Shown: piece after piece, positions 45,142 to 54,430 of the stretch | Layout of the letters: each line of letters starts with the position of its first letter | Numbering within the stretch: position 1 is the stretch's first letter | Assembly: GCA_964392455.1 (NCBI GenBank) | Contig: CAYMPG010000004.1 | Coordinates: 7,537 to 71,536 of the forward strand | Direction of reading: 5' to 3' | DNA: 64,000 nucleotides | From: an uncultured Clostridium sp. | Lineage (GTDB): Bacteria > Bacillota > Clostridia > Christensenellales > CAG-138 | The notes under the pieces: generated by a model | Seen by the model: only the letters and a program-made list of their open reading frames with translations | Told to the model about the DNA's origin: nothing | The model's database searches: none | Program-made: the position numbers and the translations under genes

Positions 45142-46746
45142 TTATTTTTCAACAAAGTAGAAGTCACTGAACCTGAACATATTGCTTACATTGGTGTTAT
45201 AGCCGCGCAGATCTGCGCTGACGCCGGTTACACCATAAACGTGGGCAATATATACCATGGGTGCAAGCTCATGAACCATTTCCTGGGCCTCATAGGTGAG
45301 AGCGCTGCGCTCATCCGCATCGGTGGTGGTCATGATCTTATCGAGGATCTCATCCACGGCGGGATCGCTGAGCCTGCAGCGGCTGTAAGAGGAGCCTATA
45401 TTGGAGGAGTGGAACAGGGTGTACATCTGCTCACCGCCATCAACGGTATTGGTACCGGTGTTGACGCTTGCCATCTGGTACTGTCCATTGTTGAGCATGG
45501 AGGAAAGGGTCGCGCTTTCGGTGGGCTCCAGCTTAAGGGTGATGCCCGCCTGGCCCCACATCTGCTGGAGCAGCTCCATGAGCATATTATTGGTGGAGTT
45601 TGCAAGGTAAATGAAGCTTACCTCGATGCCATCGGCATATCCGGCCTCTGCAAGGAGTTCCTTTGCCTTAGCAGGATCATATTCATACTGCTGCAGATCG
45701 GTATTACGGCCGAGAAGGTTGGGAGCTATGGGGCTTACTGCGGGAGCAGAAGCAGGATAGCATATCTCACGGACGGTAGCCACATCGGTAGCGTAGTTGA
45801 ATGCCTTTCTTACCCTTACATCCTGGAACAGCTCGTCCTCGCAATTGAAGGCGATGCAGCGGATGGTGGGGCCGGTGGAGGTGTAAACATCGGTATCGAC
45901 GTTTTCCTTAAGCCTGTCGATATCGTTTGCAGATACCTGAGTAGCAAGGTCAAGGCCGCCGCTCTCCAGGTCGATGGTACGGCTGGAGCTCTCAGTGATA
46001 ACGCGGAGAACTATGTTCTTAAGCTTTGCAGGCTCTCCGAAGTAATCGTCATTGCGGGTGAGGACTATGCTGTCGCCCTCTGCCCAGGATTCAAACTTGT
46101 AGGGGCCGGTGCCAACGGGAGCATGGCTGTATACAGTCTGGTCAACGGCTTCCACTGCCTTCTGGTTCAGAATGTAGCAGGGGTTCTGGTTATTGGCCAG
46201 CTGGGACTCGATGAAAGCATAGGGGCGCTTGGTCTGGAAGCTGAATGTATAATCATCCACAGCAGTGAGGCTTTCCCTTACTATCTCGGCCATGGCATTG
46301 GAGGCGCTGGGCATATCGTAAAGACGGTCAAAGCTGAACACTACGTCGCTTGCCTTCAGCTCCTCGCCATTGTGGAACTTTACGCCCTGACGGAGGTGGA
46401 ATACCCAGGTAACATCATCGGTCTGCTCCCAGCTCTCGGCCAGGTCAGGCTGTATAACGTTATTGTCATCGTAGGTTATCAGACGGCTGTATACATTGTA
46501 ATGCACCATCCAGGAAGCAGTGGAATCTCCGGGATCAAGGGAGCCGGGTTCTCTGTCCAGTCCGACGGTAAGAGTATCCTTGGATGATACTACTTCGTCC
46601 TCGGTAGCTGTTACATCAGGAGCAACCACTCCGCTTTCCTCGGTGGCTGGCTCGCTGGGCTCAGCTTCGGGGGACGCAGTGCATCCTGTAACCGCCAGTG
46701 CGACTACAAGTGCCATTGCCAGCAAACGTGTCATCAGCTTTTTCAT
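45142..46746 (-). CDS. peptide ABC transporter substrate-binding lipoprotein (family 5)
   Basis: 534 aa with lipobox AVTGC and SBP_bac_5-like sequence (LDPGDSTASWMV.., LAESWE). Confidence 0.9.
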   Translation of the reverse strand: MKKLMTRLLAMALVVALAVTGCTASPEAEPSEPATEESGVVAPDVTATEDEVVSSKDTLTVGLDREPGSLDPGDSTASWMVHYNVYSRLITYDDNNVIQPDLAESWEQTDDVTWVFHLRQGVKFHNGEELKASDVVFSFDRLYDMPSASNAMAEIVRESLTAVDDYTFSFQTKRPYAFIESQLANNQNPCYILNQKAVEAVDQTVYSHAPVGTGPYKFESWAEGDSIVLTRNDDYFGEPAKLKNIVLRVITESSSRTIDLESGGLDLATQVSANDIDRLKENVDTDVYTSTGPTIRCIAFNCEDELFQDVRVRKAFNYATDVATVREICYPASAPAVSPIAPNLLGRNTDLQQYEYDPAKAKELLAEAGYADGIEVSFIYLANSTNNMLMELLQQMWGQAGITLKLEPTESATLSSMLNNGQYQMASVNTGTNTVDGGEQMYTLFHSSNIGSSYSRCRLSDPAVDEILDKIMTTTDADERSALTYEAQEMVHELAPMVYIAHVYGVTGVSADLRGYNTNVSNMFRFSDFYFVEK

Positions 46747-46941
46747 TCTTTATTCTCCTTTTCAGATTGTTACCCTATGTGGGCATTTGTTTGACAGCTT
46801 TTTATGCAATTCAGCTTGCCACGATATGTTGTGGCTATTTTAACATTCACCTGTTATTTTTAAAATACAATCCATTCTAATAACTCCTTTAGTTTTTCTT
46901 AATATTATTGTATAATCCTATGCAAAGGAGGATAGGCTGAA

Positions 46942-47883
46942 ATGAATCTAAAAGAGCAAAAGTACATATGCACGCTCGCATCCACCGGAAGCATAACAAA
47001 AGCGGCGGAGCTGCTTGGCATAACTCCGCCGGCACTTAGCCTCTATATTTCGAACGTGGAAAAGGAGCTGGGTATAAAGCTGTTTACCCGCACGAAAAAG
47101 AAATTCACCCCCACATACATGGGGCAGGTATATATCAGCAAGGCCCACAAAATGCTGGACCTGAAAAATGAATTTGACCATGAGCTTGCCAGTGCCCTCA
47201 GCACATATACAGGCAAAATACGCATAGGCCTGCAATCCGTGGCGCTGGGCTATCTTATACCCTACATCGTGCGCGATTATGCGCTTATGTTTCCCCATAT
47301 AGAGATAAGCATACTTGAAGGCCGGTATTCCATGCTGGAGAACGGCCTTTTAAGCGGGGATCTGGACATTGTGCTGTGCAATGTGCCCTTTTATTCCCCA
47401 TCTTTCTCGTATACCTCGCTTTTCCACGATCCGCTGAGGCTGGTAGTGCCTGAACAGCATCACCACATAACCACAGGCCAGGATGGCACTTTCCCTGTGG
47501 TAGACCTGGGCGACCTGAAGCACGAAAACTTCATACTGCTGCAGCCCGGCCAAAGCCTGCGTACTCTGGCCATGCGTGTATTCTCCAATGCGCTTATTTC
47601 TCCCGAGCGCATAACGGAGGTATCAAGCGTATCCACCGCAATGCGCCTTGTGTCGGTAAATTACGGCATCAGCTTTTGCCCTCAGAGCTACATCCATTCC
47701 ATAGCAGCCCCTTATCCGCTGGAGCTGCTGTCGCTGGGAGAATACACCCTTTCCCTGGAGTTTTCCGCCCTTTACAACAAGACGGCGGCCCTTCCATCAC
47801 ACCTTAGCAGCTTTATAAGCATCTGTAAGCACTATGCATCGGATTTGGAATCCAAAAAGCTGTCTTATGTGCGCTATGTGTAG
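46942..47883 (+). CDS. LysR family transcriptional regulator
   Basis: 313 aa with HTH SITKAAELLGITPPALSLYISNVEKELG. Confidence 0.9.
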   Translation: MNLKEQKYICTLASTGSITKAAELLGITPPALSLYISNVEKELGIKLFTRTKKKFTPTYMGQVYISKAHKMLDLKNEFDHELASALSTYTGKIRIGLQSVALGYLIPYIVRDYALMFPHIEISILEGRYSMLENGLLSGDLDIVLCNVPFYSPSFSYTSLFHDPLRLVVPEQHHHITTGQDGTFPVVDLGDLKHENFILLQPGQSLRTLAMRVFSNALISPERITEVSSVSTAMRLVSVNYGISFCPQSYIHSIAAPYPLELLSLGEYTLSLEFSALYNKTAALPSHLSSFISICKHYASDLESKKLSYVRYV

Positions 47884-47889
47884 CAGCCG

Positions 47890-49842
47890 TTATTCACCGA
47901 TAACGCTTTTAATGTATCTCAGCCTTCCTCCCCGCAGAACCACCTCAAGCTCATCCCGGCTAAAATCCGCCCGGCAATCAAAGGAAAAACCACCTGTAAG
48001 GTCGTTTACGGTAACGGTGCCTGTTTTTAGCTGGGCCGGGAAGGCCCTTATTTCCAGCTCATCGCCAAGCTTTACCCGACCATAATCTTTCACATCTGCA
48101 AGCACCAGGGGAACCACGCCATGATTGATAAGGTTTCCCCGGTGTATTCTGGCTATGCTCTTTGCAATTACGGCCTTTACTCCAAGGTACATTGGATTGA
48201 TTGCCGCATGTTCCCTTGATGACCCCTGGCCATAGTTGTCGCCGCCTATTATTATGCTTTTTCCATATTCAGCCGCCCTGCCGGCAAAGCCCTTATCATA
48301 ATTATAAAAGCAGTATTTGCTCATAAGCGGTATATTTGAGCGCATTGAAGAGAATTCTGCCGAGGCAGGAGTTATATCATCCGTGCTGACGTTATCTCCC
48401 GCCTTAAGGCTAACCCTGCATACAAGGTTTTCTTCAGGCTTATCCGGCACAGGCAGAGGCTTAATACCCTTTCCCCGCAGTACCTGCACCTTTTCTGCCT
48501 CCTCGATAGATAGAGGCGGTATCAGCATGGAGTCATCCACCCAGTATGCCTCAGGCTCCCTTATATCCCTCAGCAGCTCCACGTCATCCCCCATTATTTC
48601 TGCTGCTGTGGCAAATGTTCCCTTTATGGCAGTTGCCGTAGCCACCTCAGGGCCGGTGATATACAGCTTTGCCGTAGGATTGCCGCTGCGCCCCTTGAAA
48701 TTGCGATTGGATGTCCTTACCGATATGCCGTCCGTTACAGGGGATTGGCCTATGCCGCAGCAGGGGCCGCAGGATATTTCCAGCAGCCTTACCCCGGCAT
48801 CCACAAGCATATCCATATAGCCATTCCGCATAAGATCCTTATAAATCTGCCTTGTTGCAGGCGCACATACGCAGCTCACGTCCTCATGCACATGCTGCCC
48901 CTTCAATACCCGGGCAGCCCTTGCGATATCGCTATAGCTGCCATTTGTGCAGCTTCCGATAAATACCTGCTGAACGGGGAGCTTCGAGGCCTGGCTCACC
49001 TTTATCACATTATCTGGCTGGTTTGGGCAGGCCATCATTGGCTCCAGCGCATCCAGATCCAGCTCTATATACTCATCATAATTACAGCCCTCATCAGCCT
49101 TCAGCTCCACAAAGGAGCTCTCCCTCCCCTGGGCTTTCATAAAGGCAAATACCATTTCATCGGCCGGGAATACAGAGGCCGTAGCCCCCAGCTCCGCCCC
49201 CATATTCGCTATGGTGGCCCGCTCCGGCACGGAAAGGGTTTTTATTCCATCGCCGGTATACTCATATATCCTGCCAATGCCCCCATTTACGCCATAGCGC
49301 CGCAGCAGCTCAAGTATCACATCCTTGGCGGAGACTCCACCCTTCAGCCTTCCAGTCAGCCTTACGTTGACCACCTTTGGCATGTTCATCTTCAGGGGCA
49401 GCCCGGCCATGGCTCCGGCCACATCCATCCCACCGGCACCCATTGCCAGCATCCCTATTGCCCCGCAGGAGGGGGTATGGCTATCGGTACCCAGGCTGAC
49501 CTTGCCAGGCACAGCAAAGCGGGCAAGGTGCACCGAGTGCATTATCCCATTGCCCGCCCTAGAAAGATATATGCCATACCGTTTGGCTATGGACTGGAGA
49601 AAAGCGTGGTCATCAGGGGTTTTTTCATCAACGTACAAAAGATTATGGTCAATATAGCTTACAGATACCTCTGTACGCACCCTTGGCATACCTATGGCCT
49701 CAAAGGCCAGATAGCACATTACTGCGTTTATATCATGGGTAAGCGTCTGATCCACCCTTATTGAAAGCTGGGCCCCTTCCTTTGGCTGGGCCGGCTCTGT
49801 AAGATGGCTGCTGATTATTTTCCAGGTCAGATTGCTTGCCAT
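47890..49842 (-). CDS. aconitate hydratase (about 650-aa clostridial type)
   Basis: DQTLTHD, GSCTNGS, CGPCCG Fe-S ligand motifs and a C-terminal swivel domain. Confidence 0.85.
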   Translation of the reverse strand: MASNLTWKIISSHLTEPAQPKEGAQLSIRVDQTLTHDINAVMCYLAFEAIGMPRVRTEVSVSYIDHNLLYVDEKTPDDHAFLQSIAKRYGIYLSRAGNGIMHSVHLARFAVPGKVSLGTDSHTPSCGAIGMLAMGAGGMDVAGAMAGLPLKMNMPKVVNVRLTGRLKGGVSAKDVILELLRRYGVNGGIGRIYEYTGDGIKTLSVPERATIANMGAELGATASVFPADEMVFAFMKAQGRESSFVELKADEGCNYDEYIELDLDALEPMMACPNQPDNVIKVSQASKLPVQQVFIGSCTNGSYSDIARAARVLKGQHVHEDVSCVCAPATRQIYKDLMRNGYMDMLVDAGVRLLEISCGPCCGIGQSPVTDGISVRTSNRNFKGRSGNPTAKLYITGPEVATATAIKGTFATAAEIMGDDVELLRDIREPEAYWVDDSMLIPPLSIEEAEKVQVLRGKGIKPLPVPDKPEENLVCRVSLKAGDNVSTDDITPASAEFSSMRSNIPLMSKYCFYNYDKGFAGRAAEYGKSIIIGGDNYGQGSSREHAAINPMYLGVKAVIAKSIARIHRGNLINHGVVPLVLADVKDYGRVKLGDELEIRAFPAQLKTGTVTVNDLTGGFSFDCRADFSRDELEVVLRGGRLRYIKSVIGE

Positions 49843-50732
49843 TATTCTCTCCCGCTTATTATGCCGCTCATATCAGTGGTGCATATAAAATCCACAAAGT
49901 CCGCAATTGCACGCCTTTTCAGAGAAGCCTGCTTATACAGCAGCCAGGTTTTTCTCGTTAGCCTGCTGCCATCAGCATTAGTCAGCGGCAATGAATACAG
50001 CTCCGGGTCGTGGGAAAAGTAATTTGAATCCGTAAATATGCCAAAGCCCATTCCGTGCTGCACCATGGATACGCAGCAATCCCCTGTGGACACCTTGAAG
50101 CGAGGTATCAGCTCCGTATCATAATGCTCATTCCACCATCTGCATATGGCATTGGTGGTCATCTGATTTGTATTGAACTGGATATACGGTATATGGGCCA
50201 GCTCCTCAGGGGCAAAGGGTCTATTATATACAGCGCAGAGCTGATCTTCGCTTATAAGCATCCTCTGAAGATATGAATCCTCCGCACTGTATCGTGCAAA
50301 GCAAAGGTCAAGTATCCCGCTCTCCACGCTCCGGGCCAGCTCGTCGCTCAGGGCCGTTACTATCTCTATGTGTGCCTTTGGGTAGCGCCGTGTGTACTGG
50401 GCCAGAAGTGCCGGCATAACATACCTCACATATGAATAGGGCACCCCTATATGCAGCGTTTCCTCAAGGCTGCTGTTGGATTCTGCAACGCAGTCCTTTG
50501 CCTCCTGTATTGCGGCAATGACCGCCTCGGCCTTTTTTGCAATAAGCTCTCCCTCGGGAGTAAGCTCCGAGCCCCGCCTGTTTCGCAGCAGCAGCGATAT
50601 TCCAAGCTCCTCCTCTATGGCCTGTATGCGTTTGGTAAGGGTGGGCTGAGATAAAAAGAGCATATTTGCCGTTTTTGTGATATTGCGTGTTTTATTCAGC
50701 GTTACGATTATTTTCCAATCAAAATCCCGCAT
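49842..50732 (-). CDS. LysR family transcriptional regulator
   Basis: 296 aa with HTH ITKTANMLFLSQPTLTKRIQAIEEELG. Its stop overlaps the aconitase ATG (TAATG). Confidence 0.9.
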   Translation of the reverse strand: MRDFDWKIIVTLNKTRNITKTANMLFLSQPTLTKRIQAIEEELGISLLLRNRRGSELTPEGELIAKKAEAVIAAIQEAKDCVAESNSSLEETLHIGVPYSYVRYVMPALLAQYTRRYPKAHIEIVTALSDELARSVESGILDLCFARYSAEDSYLQRMLISEDQLCAVYNRPFAPEELAHIPYIQFNTNQMTTNAICRWWNEHYDTELIPRFKVSTGDCCVSMVQHGMGFGIFTDSNYFSHDPELYSLPLTNADGSRLTRKTWLLYKQASLKRRAIADFVDFICTTDMSGIISGRE

Positions 50733-50764
50733 TTTTCTTCATACCGCCTTGATTATTACTTTTG

Positions 50765-52051
50765 CTAAAACAGGTTTTCAGCAATTTCTCTCCATCGGTT
50801 CAAAAGGTAACCCAGAGCCAGCATATCTGCGCTTCCCCCAGGTGACAGGTTTCTTTCCGTAAGCTCGGTATCCAGCCTATTCAGCTCATTTATCCGCTGC
50901 CCAACGGGCAGGCGGCTTATTTCCCTTGCCCTCATTTGAACAAAGCCAAGCCCCTCCCTGCCCCCTCTGTGGAGCAAATTGGTATCCTCAAGAAAGCACA
51001 TCACATCGCACAGGGCAAGGGGGCCGGGGTCTTCCCCAATATCAGTATATTCCCTTAGCCTTTCCGCTGCAAACTGTGCGGACTTAAACCCCTGAGCTGC
51101 CTCACCAACAGCTCCCTTTGCCCCATAGCGAAGGTATGCCCCATTGCCATTGGTCTTTGGCTCCTCCATGGCGTCCCTTAGTCGCTGATCATGGTCCTCC
51201 CGTGCAAGCGCTACTGCATTTTCCACCGGGTCTCCGCCTACGGTAACAGCCTTGCCCATGCCTGCAAGCAGCAGCCCCATTGAGTATACCATGCCCTTAT
51301 GGGTATTCACACCGCCGGTCGCCTCAAGCATGGCCTGTTCGCCTTCTATTCCGGCTTTTCTCAGCGTTTTCATGCCTGCATCCAGCATGCCCATATATGC
51401 AGCCTGCTCAAAGAACGGCCTTATAGCCTCTGCGCTTATTTCAAACAGGCCAATGTCCATATCCCGGTGTGCTCCGTTATTCTGTCTGTCCACCAGCCCC
51501 GGCTTTGGCGTAGCATACAATTCATCCAGCAATGATAAATACCCCGCCCGGCCAAGCACCTTAGCCCCGCAGTCATACAGCAGCCTTTGAGTTGCTTCCT
51601 TTATCACATCCAGCCCGTGAGTCCTGCTCCTTGCACATTCCTGCGCCGGCCTTGAGCATACAAGGCAGCTCCTTTGTATTTCCCGGGATATTTTTCCAGC
51701 CCCATCCATCACATCCATGTCAAACAGCCGGGCGGCCGGAAAGCTCTCCTCTATGCTCCGGGTTATCGCCTTGACATCTGCGGCCTGCATATCCACCAGC
51801 ACGTACCCTTCAGGCCCTGTCACATCGTCTATTATTATCCGCCGTATAATGCTGCCGGCAAATGCGGCATCCAGCGCCTTCATACCCTCATCAAAGCACA
51901 GCCTTATCAGCGGAGTGCGCTTAACATCCCCCGCAATATTCATCGTAAAGCATATAAGGCAGCTCCCATTCTGCATAAGTTCCCTCTGCATGGCCGCCCT
52001 GCGCTCCCGTGCCGCCAGCATTTCATTTAAAGCAACGGAGTATTTCTTCAT
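50765..52051 (-). CDS. citXG: fused holo-ACP synthase CitX / triphosphoribosyl-dephospho-CoA synthase CitG
   Basis: Start set at MKKYSVALNEMLAARE (ATG 52051). CitX-like N-terminal region of about 170 aa, then a CitG core (TPKPGLVDRQNNGAHRDMD). Confidence 0.8.
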   Translation of the reverse strand: MKKYSVALNEMLAARERRAAMQRELMQNGSCLICFTMNIAGDVKRTPLIRLCFDEGMKALDAAFAGSIIRRIIIDDVTGPEGYVLVDMQAADVKAITRSIEESFPAARLFDMDVMDGAGKISREIQRSCLVCSRPAQECARSRTHGLDVIKEATQRLLYDCGAKVLGRAGYLSLLDELYATPKPGLVDRQNNGAHRDMDIGLFEISAEAIRPFFEQAAYMGMLDAGMKTLRKAGIEGEQAMLEATGGVNTHKGMVYSMGLLLAGMGKAVTVGGDPVENAVALAREDHDQRLRDAMEEPKTNGNGAYLRYGAKGAVGEAAQGFKSAQFAAERLREYTDIGEDPGPLALCDVMCFLEDTNLLHRGGREGLGFVQMRAREISRLPVGQRINELNRLDTELTERNLSPGGSADMLALGYLLNRWREIAENLF

Positions 52052-52994
52052 ATGTTGTCTCCGGCACAAGCTCCCTTGTCTTATCTGTTTCTCCGGCCGC
52101 AATAAGCTGTCGCACACGGCCCGCGCTTATGTTATCCAGCCGCTCCAGCTCTATAAGCTCAATGCCATAGCCGGGCAGCATATTTTTCAGCATTTTATTA
52201 TACTCATTCGTTACCCTGCAAAAGGGCTCTGTGCCCACAAACCGCCTTACTATTCCCAGCGCCGGGGCTATCCTGCTGCCAAACAGCGCTATATCAAGCT
52301 TCGCCCTTATATTATCGGTGTGGCTTTTATCCTTTAAAAAGTAGGCCGGAAAGGTGGCTCTTGATATGATATAATCGTCACTTTGATGCACAAGGCAGTT
52401 TTTAATATCCGCCGTGCCTTCCCTTACCAGCTTTATACGCTGCTCCGGTGAAAACATGGCTCCCTGCTCGCTAACAACAAACACATGGAGCCACTGGCAC
52501 ATGGAGGCCGCCTGCTCTATAAGGTATCTGTGGCCCAACGTAAACGGATCGCAATTACATACCACTGCGCCGTTTTCTCCCGGCGGGCAGGGCAGCCCAG
52601 CCAGATACCGCTCCACCCCGTCCTTTCTGTTTTCCATGAGCAGCACCTGCGGAGTCTCTGCCAGCGGGGAAAAGCCCATTGCGGAAAATACGGCCCGGTA
52701 CCTGGGCTTTGTGTATATAAAAAGATGGCTTATCCCCTTTGAATATGCTTCGCTCAGCAGCTCGGACATTACCGCAGCGCATGCGCCTGTGCCTTCGGCC
52801 TCAGGGCTTACAGCTATCTGCTTGATGACCTTCCCTACCCTTGCGGCAGTGGCAAGTATACTGCCCTCGTCATCCCTCATAAGCCACAGTATCTGCCAAT
52901 CGTCATCGTCTCCCAGCCCCCTTTGGGCCAGAAAAGTGCGATAGCTGTTGCATAATTCATCATCTATTGGCCGCAGGCAGCAGGTTATATCCAT
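52023..52994 (-). CDS. citC: [citrate (pro-3S)-lyase] ligase
   Basis: Start set at MDITCCLRP (ATG 52994, AAGGAG RBS). Nucleotidyltransferase motif NCDPFTLGHRYLIE. Confidence 0.85.
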   Translation of the reverse strand: MDITCCLRPIDDELCNSYRTFLAQRGLGDDDDWQILWLMRDDEGSILATAARVGKVIKQIAVSPEAEGTGACAAVMSELLSEAYSKGISHLFIYTKPRYRAVFSAMGFSPLAETPQVLLMENRKDGVERYLAGLPCPPGENGAVVCNCDPFTLGHRYLIEQAASMCQWLHVFVVSEQGAMFSPEQRIKLVREGTADIKNCLVHQSDDYIISRATFPAYFLKDKSHTDNIRAKLDIALFGSRIAPALGIVRRFVGTEPFCRVTNEYNKMLKNMLPGYGIELIELERLDNISAGRVRQLIAAGETDKTRELVPETTYEEILRCFK

Positions 52995-53131
52995 AGCATA
53001 AGCTCCTTTTTCAGGCATTTGCCAAAGCACCAGCAGGGCCATTCAGCCCCTTTAATACCCATATATATAACATAAAGTTATTATTACGGCAAAGACTTTT
53101 GTTTTTATACCCGCCGGCCCGGGCCATAGAT

Positions 53132-53148
53132 ATACAGAATATCTGTAT
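53132..53148. promoter_or_regulatory. inverted repeat in the citC/citD divergent promoter region (candidate regulator site)
   Basis: ATACAG-aatat-CTGTAT, a perfect 6-bp arm palindrome in a 180-bp AT-rich intergenic region. Confidence 0.4.
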
Positions 53149-53222
53149 TTGAATAAATTGAATTGTACAAAAGGCACAGGGCAGCACTAAAATTATATTG
53201 AAATACTCTCAGGAGGCATCGC

Positions 53223-53525
53223 ATGCAAATAGACCACATGGCATCCGCCGGGACGCTTGAATCCAGCGATATAATGATAACCATCGAGCCAGGCAGAGGA
53301 GATATACAGCTTACCCTCACCAGCTCTGTAATACAGCAATACGGCAGGCAGATAAAAAAAACCATCATGGATACCCTTGCAAGGCTTGATGTGCAGGACG
53401 CCATCGTTACCGCCGTTGACAGTGGTGCGCTGGATTGCACCATAGCCGCCCGCACAGAGTGCGCCGTATTCCGTGCGGCAGGCTGTGCAGATGAAAATAT
53501 ACCATGGGGAGGTGCAGTAATATGA
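53223..53525 (+). CDS. citD: citrate lyase acyl carrier protein (gamma subunit)
   Basis: 100 aa; AGTLESSDIMITIEP contains the prosthetic-group Ser region typical of CitD. Confidence 0.9.
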   Translation: MQIDHMASAGTLESSDIMITIEPGRGDIQLTLTSSVIQQYGRQIKKTIMDTLARLDVQDAIVTAVDSGALDCTIAARTECAVFRAAGCADENIPWGGAVI

Positions 53526-54430
53526 GCCAGCATCCAAATAAAAACCGGCTCCGCAGGTCAATGCTGTTTTTAAACTGCCAAAAGCCCTCCCTCATAAAAG
53601 ACCCTTATATCTACTCTCCGGATTCCATAATCCTGGACCTTGAGGATGCTGTGGCGGCAAACCAGAAGGACGCCGCACGCTTCTCCCTTTACCATGCCCT
53701 TAAGTCCATTGACTACAGGGGCATTGAGCGGGTAGTGCGTATCAACGGGCTGGATACCCCCCACTGGAGGGAGGATATCCGTGCAAGCGTTGCAGGTGGT
53801 GCAGACGTGATACGCATACCCAAATGCACCTGCGCCGGGGACGTTCATACGGTGGAAGAATATGTGGCGAAGGCCGAGCGGGAATTTGGCCGCCCCGAGG
53901 GAGACACCCTGCTTATGGCAGCGCTGGAATCCTGCCTGGGCGTCATAAACGCATACGACATATGCCGCTCCAGCTCCCGCCTGATAGGCATTGCACTTTC
54001 CGGAGGAGATTATACCAAGGATCTGCAAACCCACATCACCTTTACGGGCGTTGAGCTGAATGGGGCAAGGCAGCAGATGATAATCGCCGCCCGTGCAGCA
54101 GGGGTGCAGTGCTTTGATACGGTATTTACCAACCTTAACGACATGGAGGCCTTCCGCAGCGAAACCGAAATGATTCACCTTATGGGCTTTGATGGAAAAT
54201 CCATCATAAATCCAAGGCAGATACCCATAGTGCATCAGATATTCACCCCCACCGCCAAGGAAATAACATTTGCACAAAAGGTGGTGCAGGAAATAGATAC
54301 CAAGCGGGCCCAGGGCATAGGCGTATTCACAGTGGATGGCAAAATGATAGACCTGGCCTTCTATGATGGGGCAAAGCGCACGCTGATGCTTGCCAAGGCC
54401 GCAGGAATCTACAAAGGAGAGCTTGTATGA
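53522..54430 (+). CDS. citE: citrate lyase subunit beta (citryl-CoA lyase)
   Basis: Start set at MSQHPNKNRLRRSMLF (ATGA overlap with the citD stop). ILDLEDAV motif. Confidence 0.9.
   Translation: MSQHPNKNRLRRSMLFLNCQKPSLIKDPYIYSPDSIILDLEDAVAANQKDAARFSLYHALKSIDYRGIERVVRINGLDTPHWREDIRASVAGGADVIRIPKCTCAGDVHTVEEYVAKAEREFGRPEGDTLLMAALESCLGVINAYDICRSSSRLIGIALSGGDYTKDLQTHITFTGVELNGARQQMIIAARAAGVQCFDTVFTNLNDMEAFRSETEMIHLMGFDGKSIINPRQIPIVHQIFTPTAKEITFAQKVVQEIDTKRAQGIGVFTVDGKMIDLAFYDGAKRTLMLAKAAGIYKGELV

Noticed and set aside
53043-53222. GC-rich CCCGCCGGCCCGGGCC element and AT-rich tract in the citC/citD intergenic region, checked as a possible small RNA or mobile-element end
   Set aside because: It is too short and lacks a repeat partner in the window. 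Divergent promoters plus one regulator palindrome explain the region adequately.
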